64,000 bases of DNA, from the NCBI GenBank assembly GCA_022842285.1, contig JALHPV010000002.1:15597-79596 (forward strand), read 5' to 3'. The position numbers and the translations under genes are program-made. Origin of the DNA: Kofleriaceae bacterium (lineage in GTDB: Bacteria; Myxococcota_A; Polyangia; Haliangiales; Haliangiaceae). Positions 34,903-46,632 of this stretch are shown here, one piece after another. The notes beneath the pieces are model-generated. The model ran no database searches and had not been told where the DNA came from. It saw only the letters and a program-made list of their open reading frames with translations. How positions within the stretch are numbered: the first letter of the stretch is position 1; every line of letters starts with the position of its first letter.

Positions 34903-35762
34903 AGTCCCGCGCGGCGGATCGCCTTGTAGGCTGAGCCCGCCGTGCGGATGTTGTGGACGATGCCGTAGCTGCAGCCACGCGCCTCGTACGCCCAGAACGA
35001 ACCCCACGGGTCGTCCTTCTCGTACAGCACGATGTGGCCCGAGCCACTCGAGCGGTACACGAGCGCGTCACCCGGCAGGATGTTGGTGCGGTTGACGCCC
35101 GACCACAACGCGTTGCTGCCGGCGAAGCTCGCCGTCGAGTACGGGTGCTTGTTCGCGTCCATGGGCAGCGACGCGGGCAAGAGCCAGGTCTTGCCGATGT
35201 AGCCGGAGCAATCCGCGCCGTAGCTGCCCTCGTGGCGGCAGTTCGGGCACGAGCCGTAGCAGGCGCCCGGGGGCGCGCCTTCGGCGAGGCGGCCACCACC
35301 CCAGTAGTACGAGAAGCCAACCGACGCGGCCGCGATCGAGAGGAAGCTCTCGCGGGAGATCTCGGTGGAGCTGAGACCTTCGCCCGTGGGCGGCGCCGTC
35401 GTATCCGGCGTGACGGCGCAGAGGTAGCGCGCTGACGACCAGCCCACCGCGCCGGTCCAGTCGAGCTGCACCCAGGAGCCCTGGACCGACACCACAGTCG
35501 AGGTCGAACCGTTGGGCATGACCTTCAAGATCTCGTCGTTCGTGCTCGGCCCGCTGCGCAGATTCAGGGCCGTCGCATCGCACACCCGGGCCTGATCACC
35601 CGGCATGAGGTTGACGTTGTCGCTGCCGACCCCCGACGAATCGTCGGCCGGGACCAGGGGTTCCTGGTCGCCGACGTCTGCGTTCGTGGTGTCCCCGGAC
35701 CCACCGACGGTGCATCCGACCAAGCCTGCGAGAGCGACGAACGTCAGGACCACGGCTTTCAT
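34899..35762 (-). CDS. Lipoprotein with an SH3b domain and an NlpC/P60 (C40) cell-wall peptidase domain
   Basis: It has the lipobox LAGLVGC. The SH3b-like segment is LNLRSGPSTNDEILKVMPNGSTSTVVS. The catalytic Cys context is GADCSGYIGKTW and the His context is GDALVYRSSGSGHIVLY. Confidence 0.8.
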   Translation of the reverse strand: MKAVVLTFVALAGLVGCTVGGSGDTTNADVGDQEPLVPADDSSGVGSDNVNLMPGDQARVCDATALNLRSGPSTNDEILKVMPNGSTSTVVSVQGSWVQLDWTGAVGWSSARYLCAVTPDTTAPPTGEGLSSTEISRESFLSIAAASVGFSYYWGGGRLAEGAPPGACYGSCPNCRHEGSYGADCSGYIGKTWLLPASLPMDANKHPYSTASFAGSNALWSGVNRTNILPGDALVYRSSGSGHIVLYEKDDPWGSFWAYEARGCSYGIVHNIRTAGSAYKAIRRAGL

Positions 35763-35958
35763 GACCAGCCTTCACAGCAAGGCCCGCACCATTGGATCGC
35801 TATGGCAGCGAAATGGGCAGATCGCGCCACGCGGTGCACAACCCCGCATGATCGCTATGCTCACGCGAATGGGCACATGGCAACCCGTGTGGCCGCGCGG
35901 GCGACACGTGGCTGGTCCGGTTGCGTTACCTCCGTAGTCCGGCGCACCGAAACGACGA

Positions 35959-35986
35959 ACGGACCGGCCCGCAAGGACCGATCCGT
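35959..35986 (-). terminator. Possible hairpin terminator downstream of groEL
   Basis: There is an imperfect stem of about 12 bp (two mismatches) around a GCAA/TTGC tetraloop, 20 nt after the groEL stop. It has only a weak U-tract. Confidence 0.3.
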
Positions 35987-36005
35987 TAGTCAGGGTGCGA
36001 GCTGC

Positions 36006-37625
<1,620 letters not shown>

Positions 37626-37661
37626 GATGGTTCCTCGTTTTCCTTAGAAAGCCCGCTGAGA

Positions 37662-37949
37662 TCAGTCGAGAACGGCGAGGAGGTCTTCCTCGCGCATGAT
37701 GAGGTGCTCTTCGCCGTCGATCTTGACCTCGGTGCCGCTGTACTTGCTGAACAGCACCTTGTCGCCGGCCTTCACCTCGAGGGCGACGACCTTGCCGTCC
37801 TTGTCGCGCTTACCTGCGCCAACGGCGATGACCTTGGCCTGGATCGGCTTCTCCTTGGCGGAGTCCGGGATGAAGAGGCCTCCGGAAGTCTTCGACTCCT
37901 CTTCGAGGCGCTTGACGAGAATGCGGTCGTGGAGCGGACGAATCTTCAT
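37662..37949 (-). CDS. groES: Co-chaperonin GroES (95 aa)
   Basis: The internal ATG at 37947-37949 gives [35 protein letters not shown]. The upstream 34 codons of the track ORF were rejected. Confidence 0.95.
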   Translation of the reverse strand: MKIRPLHDRILVKRLEEESKTSGGLFIPDSAKEKPIQAKVIAVGAGKRDKDGKVVALEVKAGDKVLFSKYSGTEVKIDGEEHLIMREEDLLAVLD

Positions 37950-37978
37950 GGCCGCCTTAATAGACACTGGTCGGGCGG

Positions 37979-38005
37979 CTGGCAACCCCCGAAGTAGAGT
38001 GCTAA
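37979..38005 (-). promoter_or_regulatory. Possible degenerate CIRCE (HrcA operator) upstream of groES
   Basis: On the minus strand the sequence reads TTAGCACTC-N9-GGTTGCCAG, compared with the consensus TTAGCACTC-N9-GAGTGCTAA. The left arm matches 9/9 and the right arm only 5/9. It lies about 30-55 nt upstream of the groES ATG. Confidence 0.3.
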
Positions 38006-38057
38006 CAGAATAACCTAAGCTGTTGTGATAACGCCGGTTTGGCGGTAACACGCCAGC

Positions 38058-38762
38058 ATGGCCACGACGGACTACGAGAAGTACATCCGCACGGATGAGC
38101 TACTCGCGCTGCAGAAAAAGCCGGAGGAGCTTTCCTGCCACGACGAGCTCCAGTTCCAGATCGTCCACCAGGCCAGCGAGCTCTACATGAAGCAGGTGGA
38201 GCACGAGCTCCGCTTCTTCGCGGTCCTCATCGCGGAGGACAAGACCCCGCGCGCCGTCACGGCCCTCCGCCGCGTAGGCACGATCCAGCGAGTCCTCCTG
38301 CACTCGATCGATCTCCTCGATACGATGGCGCCGACGGACTACATGACGATCCGGCTCGGCCTGGGTCGCGGCTCGGGCCAGGAGTCGCCCGGCTTCCGCA
38401 CGATGCTGAAGCTGCCCGGCGAGGTCGTCTGGCCCGCCTTCGAGGCCTTCCTCGCGCGGCAGGGCGTGACGGTGCGGCAGATCTACGACCATCCGCACGA
38501 TCACCACACCCTGTTCCAGCTCTGCGAGAGCTTGCTCGACTACGACCAGCTCCTCCAGACGTGGCGCTACCGCCACCTGATGCTCGTCTACCGCATCATC
38601 GGGGCCGGCACGCCGTCGCTGAAGGGCAAGCACTCCGATCTGTTGATGCACGGCATGAAGACGCGCTTCTTCCCGGACCTCTGGGACGTACGCGAGGATG
38701 TCTTCGGCGACTGGACCAAGGCCCAGGAAGCCAAGGGCAACGCGCCCGGATATCACGGTTAG
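38058..38762 (+). CDS. kynA: Tryptophan 2,3-dioxygenase-like protein (short form, 234 aa)
   Basis: The blocks [33 protein letters not shown] and [14 protein letters not shown] (proximal His context) match the TDO family. The canonical GTGGSSG block is diverged. Confidence 0.7.
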   Translation: MATTDYEKYIRTDELLALQKKPEELSCHDELQFQIVHQASELYMKQVEHELRFFAVLIAEDKTPRAVTALRRVGTIQRVLLHSIDLLDTMAPTDYMTIRLGLGRGSGQESPGFRTMLKLPGEVVWPAFEAFLARQGVTVRQIYDHPHDHHTLFQLCESLLDYDQLLQTWRYRHLMLVYRIIGAGTPSLKGKHSDLLMHGMKTRFFPDLWDVREDVFGDWTKAQEAKGNAPGYHG

Positions 38763-38830
38763 AGGTATCGTCGCGTGGGGCGTCGAGCTGCGGGGAGCCC
38801 CTCTCCACGCACGAGACCCCTCGACGCCCC

Positions 38831-41800
38831 ATGAGTGTCGCTCCCACCCAGTTCCCCGACGCCACCGACGCCTGCGAGAGCGCGGAGGTTGCCCTGGCTG
38901 CTCGCGAGTTCCGGACCCTCGGCAGCAACGAGGCGCGCTCCCTCGAGGAACATCTTCTCACCTGCGAACGCTGCCGAACGGCGGCGGCGCTCTCCGAGCT
39001 CGACGACGACGACGACGCGTGGCGGTGGCTCGTCCGGGTTCGGGTGGACGAGGGGAACGGTGGGTCGCAGCTCGCGATGGTCGATCCGGAGGCGTTCAGC
39101 ATCGAGCGCGAGCTCGCGAGCGGGGGCATGGGCAAGGTCTCGCTGGCGACCGATCGCCGGCTGGGGCGCCAGGTCGCGCTCAAGGAGATCCTGGACCCGG
39201 CGCTGCACGAACGCTTCGAACGCGAGGCGCTGATCACCGCGCATCTCCAGCATCCGGCGATCGTCCCGGTCTACGAGGCGGGGCGATGGCCCGACGGGAT
39301 GGCCTTTTACACGATGCGGCGGGTCGAGGGGACGACCCTTCACGAGGCCGTGATGGCGGCGGCGGGACTCCCCGAGCGCCTCGCGCTATTGCATCACGTC
39401 GTGGCCGTCGTCGAGGCGGTCGCGTACGCGCACGGCCAGCGCGTCATCCATCGCGATCTGAAGACGACCAACGTCCTCGTCGGCGAGCTCGGCGACACGG
39501 TCGTGATCGACTGGGGACTCGCGGGCTATCTCGACGAGGATCCCGCGCCCACATCGCGTCCTGCGGTCCCGCGCTCGTCCCCCGACTTGACCCAGCACGG
39601 CACGGTGATGGGAACCCCCGGTTTCATGGCGCCGGAGCAGGCGCGCGGCGATCGCACCGACGAGCGCACCGATGTGTTCGCGCTCGGCGCGATCCTCTAC
39701 ACGGTGCTTGCGGGGGCGCCGCCCTACCTCGAGCCCGGGGAGAGCTCCGAGCAGGCGGTCAGCCGGGTGGCCGCCGGTCCTCCGCGCTCCCTCTCGGTCG
39801 TCGCGCCCGACGCTCCGGCCGACCTGCGCGCGATCTGTGAGCGGGCCATGGCCCATCGTGCCGCGGATCGCTATCCGACGGCGCGTGACATGGCGATCGA
39901 GCTCCGGCGCTTCGAAGCCGGACAGCTCCTCGCCCGCCCGTATTCGCTGCGCGAGCTGATCGCGCGCTGGCTTCGCCGCCATCGAGCGGCGGTGGCGGTG
40001 GGAGGCCTCGCCTTCGCGGCGCTGACGATCGTGGGGATCACGGCTGTCGTGAGCATCACGCGATCGCGGGCATCGGAGCGGGACGCACGCCAGGCCGCCG
40101 AATCGGCCCTCGCCGAAGCACGGGTTGCACGCGAACACGCGGTCGCCGGCGAAGCCGCCGCGATCGAAGAGCAGGCTAGAGCCGCGCTCCTGCGGGGCGA
40201 ACGATCACAGGCGCTGGTACTCCTGAACGAAGCCCTGGCCCGCGGGCGCGACACGCCGGTGGTCCGGTACCTGCTCGCCTCAATTCTTCGCGACCGCGAC
40301 CTCGATCGCCCCGGAACGCCGACCCACGACCTGGTCGTCGCCCTCGCTGCCTCCCCCACTCTGCCTCCGCTCGCCATCGACAGGGACGGCAATGTTGTGC
40401 GCGGAGATCAGGCGCTCGGTGGTCTCGGAGCAGAAGTCGAAGCGGCGGTGATCTCGAGCGATCACGGCTGGCTCGTCGCGCACCAGCAGGATCAGCGAGT
40501 GACCGCATGGGACGTGACCACTCGGACCGTGCGCTGGCAGACCACGCCGCTCGCGGGGCCCGGCTTGGACGCCATGCTCCAGCTCGCCCCCGATGACAGC
40601 ATCGTCGCGTTCGCCGCCGGAGGCGATATCCGCATCCTCGCGGCGGCGACGGGAACGACGATCGCGGCCACACGAATAGAGGGAGAGGTGCTCGCGATCG
40701 CGATTCATCCAACGGCGAGCACGCTGGCAGCGGTGACCGATCGCGGCGAGCTGGTCGTGCTCGACGGCCAGACCCTCGAGGTGAGGCGCTCGTGGGACGC
40801 GCCCGAGGTGCGCGGCAGCGGGAACCTCGCGTTCCTCGGTCCCGACCAGCTCGTGTACGCGGGGGGCGTGCATGCCTCGGTGTACGAGCTCGGATATCCC
40901 CGGCGGGAGATCGCGCTCGTTCACGATGACAGCATCATGCAGCTCGAGGTCGCGCCCGCAGCGGGGCTGGTCGCGACAACGAGCACGCGGGGGGTGCGCG
41001 TCTGGCGAGCGGATGGGGCCTTGCTCGCGACTCGCTATTTCTCTCCGTCGGTTCAGACCATCGCCTTCTCGCCGCGGGGCGACCAGCTCGTGGTGACCAC
41101 GGGCGACGAGTGGAACGTCTTTCAAACCCCGGCCCTCCAGTTGGTGCTGCGAGAGCAGGGCGACCGGTACATGGCGACCTGGGACGCCGAAGGCACGAGT
41201 CTCGCCATCTACAATCCTCGCTACGGTGTCGTCGCTACGAGAGCGCCGCGCGGTAAGCTGGTGAAGTCCTTTCCAGACGCACTCAGGGTCCAGTTCGCCG
41301 GCGATCGAATCCTCGTCGGTGATTCCGATGATCACGTGACCGCGTGGACCCAGCGGGGCGAGCTCGTCGGGGCGCTTGGCGACCTTCCGACGTTCTACGA
41401 CTGGGTCGCGAGCCAGGATGGGGCCTGGCTCCTGGTGGCAGACGAGTCCGATGCCAGCATCGCGGTGCTCGTGGAGACGCGCACGGGACGGCGCATCGCG
41501 ACGTATCCGATCGGCGGCGATCCAGACGTGGCGCTCACACCGGATGGCACGCGTGGGCTGGTGCTCGACGACCAAGGCGACGCGCGACGCCTCCGCGTCT
41601 TTGATGGCGAGACGGGTGCGCTGGTCGCACAGCGAACGTTCCCGGAGGGCACCAGCCCCGCCAGCGTGGCGTTCCTGTCCCGGACCCAGTTGCTTGTCGG
41701 ATGGGACCGAACAGGGTGGCAGGTGTGGGACCCCGTGACGCTAACCGGATCGTCGGTCGCGGTGGGAGACCCGGAGGGCGACGCGCAGGTCGTGGTCGCG

Positions 41801-42334
41801 ACGAACGGTCGGTTCTTGCTCGTGTATGGTTACGAGGGCAAGGTGACCGTCCACGACTCGGCGCGAGTCGGCGCGCCGATTGGCCTCATCCATACGAAAA
41901 GTCCCAAGTCCGTGCGGCTCTCGGATGATGGGACCGTCCTTGCGGTCCAGGATCTGACGGGACGCATCGAGCTCTTCGCCGTCGGTGCGGACGAGCCGCC
42001 GCGGGCCGTCGTGACCGGAGCGACCCGCGACGCGTACGTGCTCTCGGCCGACGGGCGGTTCCTCTATACGGGGCACCCCGACGGCTCGGCCCACGTCTGG
42101 GAGACCGAGCAGGGGCACGAGCTGGAGGTCATGCAGGGGCACACGGAATCGATCGACATGGTCTCCTGCGCGCCCGACGGAGCGACGCTGCTCGTGAAGA
42201 GTAGCGACGGTACGGCCACGCTGTGGGACGTGTCGCTCGACCGTCACACCCACAGGGAGATCGCCGACCTCGCCGAGGGCAGCGACTGGACCTTTGCGGA
42301 CGGCTCGCTGCGGCTCCGCCCACCCAAGAAGTAG
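38831..42334 (+). CDS. Hanks-type Ser/Thr protein kinase with an N-terminal zf-HC2-like motif, one TM and an extracytoplasmic WD40/beta-propeller region (1167 aa)
   Basis: The ATG at 38831 starts the gene. The zinc-finger-like motif is HLLTCERCR. The kinase motifs are GGMGKV, VIHRDLKTTNVLV, DWGLA and GTPGFMAPEQ. The TM is AVAVGGLAFAALTIVGITAVVSI. It is followed by about 650 aa of repeated beta-strand/WD-like units. The upstream 90 codons of the track ORF were rejected. Confidence 0.85.
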   Translation: MSVAPTQFPDATDACESAEVALAAREFRTLGSNEARSLEEHLLTCERCRTAAALSELDDDDDAWRWLVRVRVDEGNGGSQLAMVDPEAFSIERELASGGMGKVSLATDRRLGRQVALKEILDPALHERFEREALITAHLQHPAIVPVYEAGRWPDGMAFYTMRRVEGTTLHEAVMAAAGLPERLALLHHVVAVVEAVAYAHGQRVIHRDLKTTNVLVGELGDTVVIDWGLAGYLDEDPAPTSRPAVPRSSPDLTQHGTVMGTPGFMAPEQARGDRTDERTDVFALGAILYTVLAGAPPYLEPGESSEQAVSRVAAGPPRSLSVVAPDAPADLRAICERAMAHRAADRYPTARDMAIELRRFEAGQLLARPYSLRELIARWLRRHRAAVAVGGLAFAALTIVGITAVVSITRSRASERDARQAAESALAEARVAREHAVAGEAAAIEEQARAALLRGERSQALVLLNEALARGRDTPVVRYLLASILRDRDLDRPGTPTHDLVVALAASPTLPPLAIDRDGNVVRGDQALGGLGAEVEAAVISSDHGWLVAHQQDQRVTAWDVTTRTVRWQTTPLAGPGLDAMLQLAPDDSIVAFAAGGDIRILAAATGTTIAATRIEGEVLAIAIHPTASTLAAVTDRGELVVLDGQTLEVRRSWDAPEVRGSGNLAFLGPDQLVYAGGVHASVYELGYPRREIALVHDDSIMQLEVAPAAGLVATTSTRGVRVWRADGALLATRYFSPSVQTIAFSPRGDQLVVTTGDEWNVFQTPALQLVLREQGDRYMATWDAEGTSLAIYNPRYGVVATRAPRGKLVKSFPDALRVQFAGDRILVGDSDDHVTAWTQRGELVGALGDLPTFYDWVASQDGAWLLVADESDASIAVLVETRTGRRIATYPIGGDPDVALTPDGTRGLVLDDQGDARRLRVFDGETGALVAQRTFPEGTSPASVAFLSRTQLLVGWDRTGWQVWDPVTLTGSSVAVGDPEGDAQVVVATNGRFLLVYGYEGKVTVHDSARVGAPIGLIHTKSPKSVRLSDDGTVLAVQDLTGRIELFAVGADEPPRAVVTGATRDAYVLSADGRFLYTGHPDGSAHVWETEQGHELEVMQGHTESIDMVSCAPDGATLLVKSSDGTATLWDVSLDRHTHREIADLAEGSDWTFADGSLRLRPPKK

Positions 42335-42612
42335 TTCGCAACCAGAGCATGGGCGGCTGACCGACGGGCCATGCAAATCATGATCGGTCTGATGGCCCTG
42401 GCGCTCGCTACAAGCGGCATCGTGCAGGCACCCGCGAGGACGACGCTCCTGCCGACGGCGACGGTCCGAGCGACGGCCATGGTCGGGACTCGTCGCTAGA
42501 AGGGCCGCCCCCCCCGCAACCGCGTGGTGCGCGAAGCGCCGAAACCATCGCTTCTGGCCTTGGCGGTTCTCGGCGTCTTGGCGCACGCACGACCTCGGAC
42601 CATGCTCCGGGA

Positions 42613-45600
42613 TCAGTCGCGGCTGGACCACTCGAGCACGAGGCCGACGCCACCACCCAGTCGATCGCCCGCGCGGAACCCGACGCCGAGCGCAGCGCGG
42701 CTCGACTGGATGAACATGCGATCGAGCTGGAGCTCGGCGGTGGACCGGCCCGGGGTGAGCGGGCGACCGACCGTGCGGACGCGGTAGCGATCCTTCCAGA
42801 CATAGCGGTCAGCCTCGAGATTGCGGATGCGACCGTAGGCGCCCCGCGCTTCGGTCCAATCGGCCCAGGCGCTGACGCGATCGAGGACGAGGAGGTGCTG
42901 CGCGGCCAGCGAGACGAACGCGAGGACGTTGCTCTGGTCGCCGCGCGGAACCTGCACCGTCGACGTCGCGGGTTGGCCAGGGCGCGGAGCGTAGATCGAA
43001 CGGCCCGCGTTGTAGGTGACGAAGACCTCGGGCAGGAGCGCCGCGCTGCCGCTGAAGGCGACCGCGGGGTGTGACGGCGACCCGGTGAGGTGGAGCTCCT
43101 GGGCCACGTCGGCATCCGCGAAGTCGCGCGCGCTCTCGGGCGGTAGCGTCCGCTTGAACCGAAGATCGAGCTGGCCCGTCGGGTGTGCTCTCGAGACGGT
43201 GATGGTGCCGCGGACGAGCTCGTGGTCCTGAGCGAAGAGGTTGAGCACGCCCGACTCGAGCTCGAGAGCGCCGCTCGGCGTGACGCCGTCCGGGCCGAGC
43301 GAGATGACGAGGTCGCCGGTCGCGGTGACATCGAGGGGCCAGCGCGTGATCTTGATCGGCTGCGGGATGTGGACGCGGACATCGATGGGAGGCAGCGCCG
43401 GTATCGGCTCGCGGGCGGGAGTCGGGATGCGGCCCGGGGGATGCGCAGCGTCGACGAAGATGATGTCGCCGGAGACACTGGCGCGCTCGGGCTGATGCGC
43501 GCGGTCCTGGCGGTTCGGCGCCTCGAACGACGCCGACTCGACGGTGACGTCCACGGCGCGCGGCCGGGTGGTCAGGTCGGCTGCGACCCGGGCGCGCAGA
43601 TCGAGGGCGCCGGTCGGAGCGTCAGTGAAGATCGGCGACGTTTTCCCGACGAGCAGCCAGTCCGTCGCCTCCAGGAGGAGCTCGGCCTTCTGCGGCTTCG
43701 TTCCGGCGAGGGTGACGAGTCCCGAGACCGAGAGCGTGCGATTCGCGAGCTGGCGATCGGACTCGTGAAGCTCGAGCTTGCTGAGCCGGATGCCCTCGGG
43801 GGCGCCGGCGATCTGGAGATCGATGTCGTGCCAGACGCGCGCGCTGTCGGGGATCGCCAGCGAGCCGTCACGCACGTCGAGAGTGCCTTCGACGACCGCG
43901 CGGTCGATGACGGATCCGGTCGGCGTCTGTGCGAGGCCGAGGTCGACCGTCATGGCCCACGCGAGCTTGCCGATGTCGGCGCCGCGCGCCCCGGGATCGA
44001 ACGAGCCGAGCAGGGCAGGGAGCAGCGGCCAGAGCGGCGTCTCGGCGGCGGCGAACGTGGCCTTGATGTCCGTGCGGTCCGCCTTGTGCGTAACGTTGGC
44101 GATGATCGAGACCGCGCCGCGCTGATAGTCGATGTTCGCCTTCAGCTTCGTGGGAGTGCCCGTGACTCCGATGGTGGTCTCGCCCGTCGAGCCATCCGCC
44201 ATCGCATAGCCCGTCCACGCGATCTGGCCGTCGAGCGTCAACGCATCGAGTGCCGCTGAACCCGTCGAGCCATCGGGGAGAAGACCGGTGACGCGGACCG
44301 TCGCGCCGACGGTGCCGCCGAGGGCCGCCACCTTCGGCGGGATCTGTGGCAGGGACGCGAGTGGCCGCTCGGCGACGGTGATCGTCTGGTCCAGCGTGAT
44401 CTTGGGATCGAGCACAGGCGTGCGGCCGCGGAAGATCGACGGCAAGGACACCATCCCCGAGAGCTCGGCGGCGATGCCGTTCGCCTCGATGGTCCCAGTG
44501 GTGGTGGCGATGACTCGGCCGCGCGCGCCCGGCGTCAGGTCGGCGTGAAGCACGCCGCGCTGCGGGCCCTCGACGGCGATATCGACCGTACCGCGCGGCG
44601 CGGCGGGGGTGCCCGCGAGGTCAACCGTGATGCGCGCGGTGCCGTGTTCGCCGACGGGGAGCTTGGCGCGGACGCGCGGCGGCAGCAGCGTGACGAGCTC
44701 GGCGATGGGCCGCTCGGGAAGATCGGCGGTGACGCGCCATGGCCGCGTCGGAACCAACCCGCGCGCGTCGAGCGAGACCTTGGCCGTCACCGCGCCGACG
44801 TCGATGCCCGCCTGGCGGAGCTTCGCCGTCGTCGTGAAGACGCTGCCATCCGACGAGCCCTTTGCGCGCAGCGTGCCGCCGGGAAGCTCGATGGCGAGGT
44901 CGTAGCTCGCGGTGCGCGTGGTCTGCGTGTGACGTAGCGAGACGGTGCCACTCACCTTGCCATCGAGCGGGGGCCTGAGCCCGGCGAGTCGGGCCAGCGA
45001 GCCGATGTTCACGCCGCGCAGAGCGAGCGTCGTCGAGGCGCCGGCGAGCTCGCGCCGTTCGAGGATCGCACCACCGGTGATGGCCACGTTGCCGCCCGCG
45101 AACGGGATGCTGGTGGGGTCGAGCTCGAGGTCGATCGTGCCGTCGAGGTGGCCCTTGGCGTTGATCGCGACGTCGATCGCGGGCAACGGCGGGAGCCTCT
45201 GGGGAGTCGCGATGCCGGCGGCCGCGAGCACGCGAATCGCGTCATCGGGATCGCCCGCGACGGTCAGTCGGCCGGCGAGCACGAGATCGCGCGTGTCCGC
45301 GGCGGTGGTGATGACAGGCTCCGGCCCGCTCGGCGTGAGTGTACCGCTGGCCCCGATCTCGAAGCCGATGCCGCGGGCGCGCATGCGCTTCAGCTCGACC
45401 GTCCCCCGGTCGACGGCGACGCTCGCCTCGAGGCCATCGACCGCGACTTCGCCGATCGTCGTCGCGCCGACCTTCACATCGGCGTGCGACTGCGCGGTCG
45501 CGAAGGTGATGCCCTTGCCCGCGAGGTGGATCGCGATGTCCGTGGCCACCGTCGGCATCCGTGGACGCGGCGCGACGAGCAGGTCCTCACTCTTGCCCGT

Positions 45601-46632
45601 GCCGCTGAGGTGCAGGTCGTACTGGGGGAGCAGTCGGTCGGCAAGGTTCACGGTGCCGTCGAGCGCGAGCGTGGTCGTGCCCGTGGCGACCGTGCCGTGG
45701 ACCGTGAGGGCTTCGATCGGCCCGACGAGCTTCGCGTCGGCCATCACGTCGGCCACCAGCAGCTTGCGGCTCAGCAGCGAGTCCAGCTTCCGCTGATCGA
45801 TCCGCAATCCCTCGATCACGAGCGACTGCACGCCGCGGGGCTCGCGATCCACCAGGGCAAGGTGCGCTTCGATTCTCCGCGCCGAAGCGGCGGCGATCGA
45901 CAGATCCTTCACCTCGATGTCGGTGCCCTCGGCGCCCCGCCGGATGCGGATCGGGCCGAGAGCGATGGGGACCACACGCGTCGCCTCCTCCTGCACGACC
46001 GTCATGGTCGCGGTCATCGCCGCGAGGTCGACGGCGAGCTCCTGCGCCCCGGGCTTCGCGAGCACGGTCCCGGTCACCGCGAGGTCGCTCACCGTGACGA
46101 ACGTGCCGTCGCGGTGCTGGTAGCGGACCGTCCCCGCGACGGAGAGCTGCTTCACCGTGAGCGAGGCCATCGGCGTGCCCGTCGATGGCCTCATCAGCGT
46201 CGCCAGATTCGATCGGCCATCCGCACCCTCGACGAGCGCGATCTCGACCCCCGCGATGTCGATGCGTTCGACGATCGGCGTCCCGTCGAGCACGGAGCCG
46301 CGATCCACGACCGCGCTGACCGACTTCACGGCGAGCGCCTGCGTGCCCGATGCGTCCTTCACGACGACATCCCGGAGCTCTAGCGACGAGAACAGGAAGC
46401 CGTAGTCGAGCGAGCCGATCGACACGGAGCCGTTCACGCGTCCAGCGAGCCGCGCCTCGATCCGGCCGCGCACGAAGTTCTTGCCCCAGCCCGTATGCAG
46501 GAGCGCGAGCAAGACGGCGGCGAGCACGATCATGACGAGCACGAACCGCACGAGGTACCTCGCGATCCGGCGTGGCCACGAGCGCTGCCCAAGGGGAGCC
46601 GGATGGCGAGGCGGTTCGGTCGCGCGCTTCAA
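42613..46632 (-). CDS. tamB: Translocation and assembly module protein TamB (AsmA-like/DUF490), 1339 aa
   Basis: It has an N-terminal anchor (RYLVRFVLVMIVLAAVLLALL), a long beta-rich body and a DUF490-like C-terminus. It lies immediately downstream of the Omp85-family gene with a TTGA overlap. The TTG start is inferred. Confidence 0.75.
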   Translation of the reverse strand: MKRATEPPRHPAPLGQRSWPRRIARYLVRFVLVMIVLAAVLLALLHTGWGKNFVRGRIEARLAGRVNGSVSIGSLDYGFLFSSLELRDVVVKDASGTQALAVKSVSAVVDRGSVLDGTPIVERIDIAGVEIALVEGADGRSNLATLMRPSTGTPMASLTVKQLSVAGTVRYQHRDGTFVTVSDLAVTGTVLAKPGAQELAVDLAAMTATMTVVQEEATRVVPIALGPIRIRRGAEGTDIEVKDLSIAAASARRIEAHLALVDREPRGVQSLVIEGLRIDQRKLDSLLSRKLLVADVMADAKLVGPIEALTVHGTVATGTTTLALDGTVNLADRLLPQYDLHLSGTGKSEDLLVAPRPRMPTVATDIAIHLAGKGITFATAQSHADVKVGATTIGEVAVDGLEASVAVDRGTVELKRMRARGIGFEIGASGTLTPSGPEPVITTAADTRDLVLAGRLTVAGDPDDAIRVLAAAGIATPQRLPPLPAIDVAINAKGHLDGTIDLELDPTSIPFAGGNVAITGGAILERRELAGASTTLALRGVNIGSLARLAGLRPPLDGKVSGTVSLRHTQTTRTASYDLAIELPGGTLRAKGSSDGSVFTTTAKLRQAGIDVGAVTAKVSLDARGLVPTRPWRVTADLPERPIAELVTLLPPRVRAKLPVGEHGTARITVDLAGTPAAPRGTVDIAVEGPQRGVLHADLTPGARGRVIATTTGTIEANGIAAELSGMVSLPSIFRGRTPVLDPKITLDQTITVAERPLASLPQIPPKVAALGGTVGATVRVTGLLPDGSTGSAALDALTLDGQIAWTGYAMADGSTGETTIGVTGTPTKLKANIDYQRGAVSIIANVTHKADRTDIKATFAAAETPLWPLLPALLGSFDPGARGADIGKLAWAMTVDLGLAQTPTGSVIDRAVVEGTLDVRDGSLAIPDSARVWHDIDLQIAGAPEGIRLSKLELHESDRQLANRTLSVSGLVTLAGTKPQKAELLLEATDWLLVGKTSPIFTDAPTGALDLRARVAADLTTRPRAVDVTVESASFEAPNRQDRAHQPERASVSGDIIFVDAAHPPGRIPTPAREPIPALPPIDVRVHIPQPIKITRWPLDVTATGDLVISLGPDGVTPSGALELESGVLNLFAQDHELVRGTITVSRAHPTGQLDLRFKRTLPPESARDFADADVAQELHLTGSPSHPAVAFSGSAALLPEVFVTYNAGRSIYAPRPGQPATSTVQVPRGDQSNVLAFVSLAAQHLLVLDRVSAWADWTEARGAYGRIRNLEADRYVWKDRYRVRTVGRPLTPGRSTAELQLDRMFIQSSRAALGVGFRAGDRLGGGVGLVLEWSSRD

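Noticed and set aside
42371-42499. An unlisted 42-codon plus-strand ORF (MQIMIGLMALALATSGIVQAPARTT...) in the 278-bp gap between the kinase and tamB. It has a signal-peptide-like N-terminus.
   Set aside because: It is too short to distinguish from chance in GC-rich DNA. I see no RBS and cannot assess conservation. It is worth a look only if ribosome profiling or conservation supports it.
42508-42515. A C8 homopolymer in the kinase-tamB intergenic region.
   Set aside because: It is not inside a coding frame or an obvious promoter element, so there is no functional inference. It is noted only as another slippage-prone tract.
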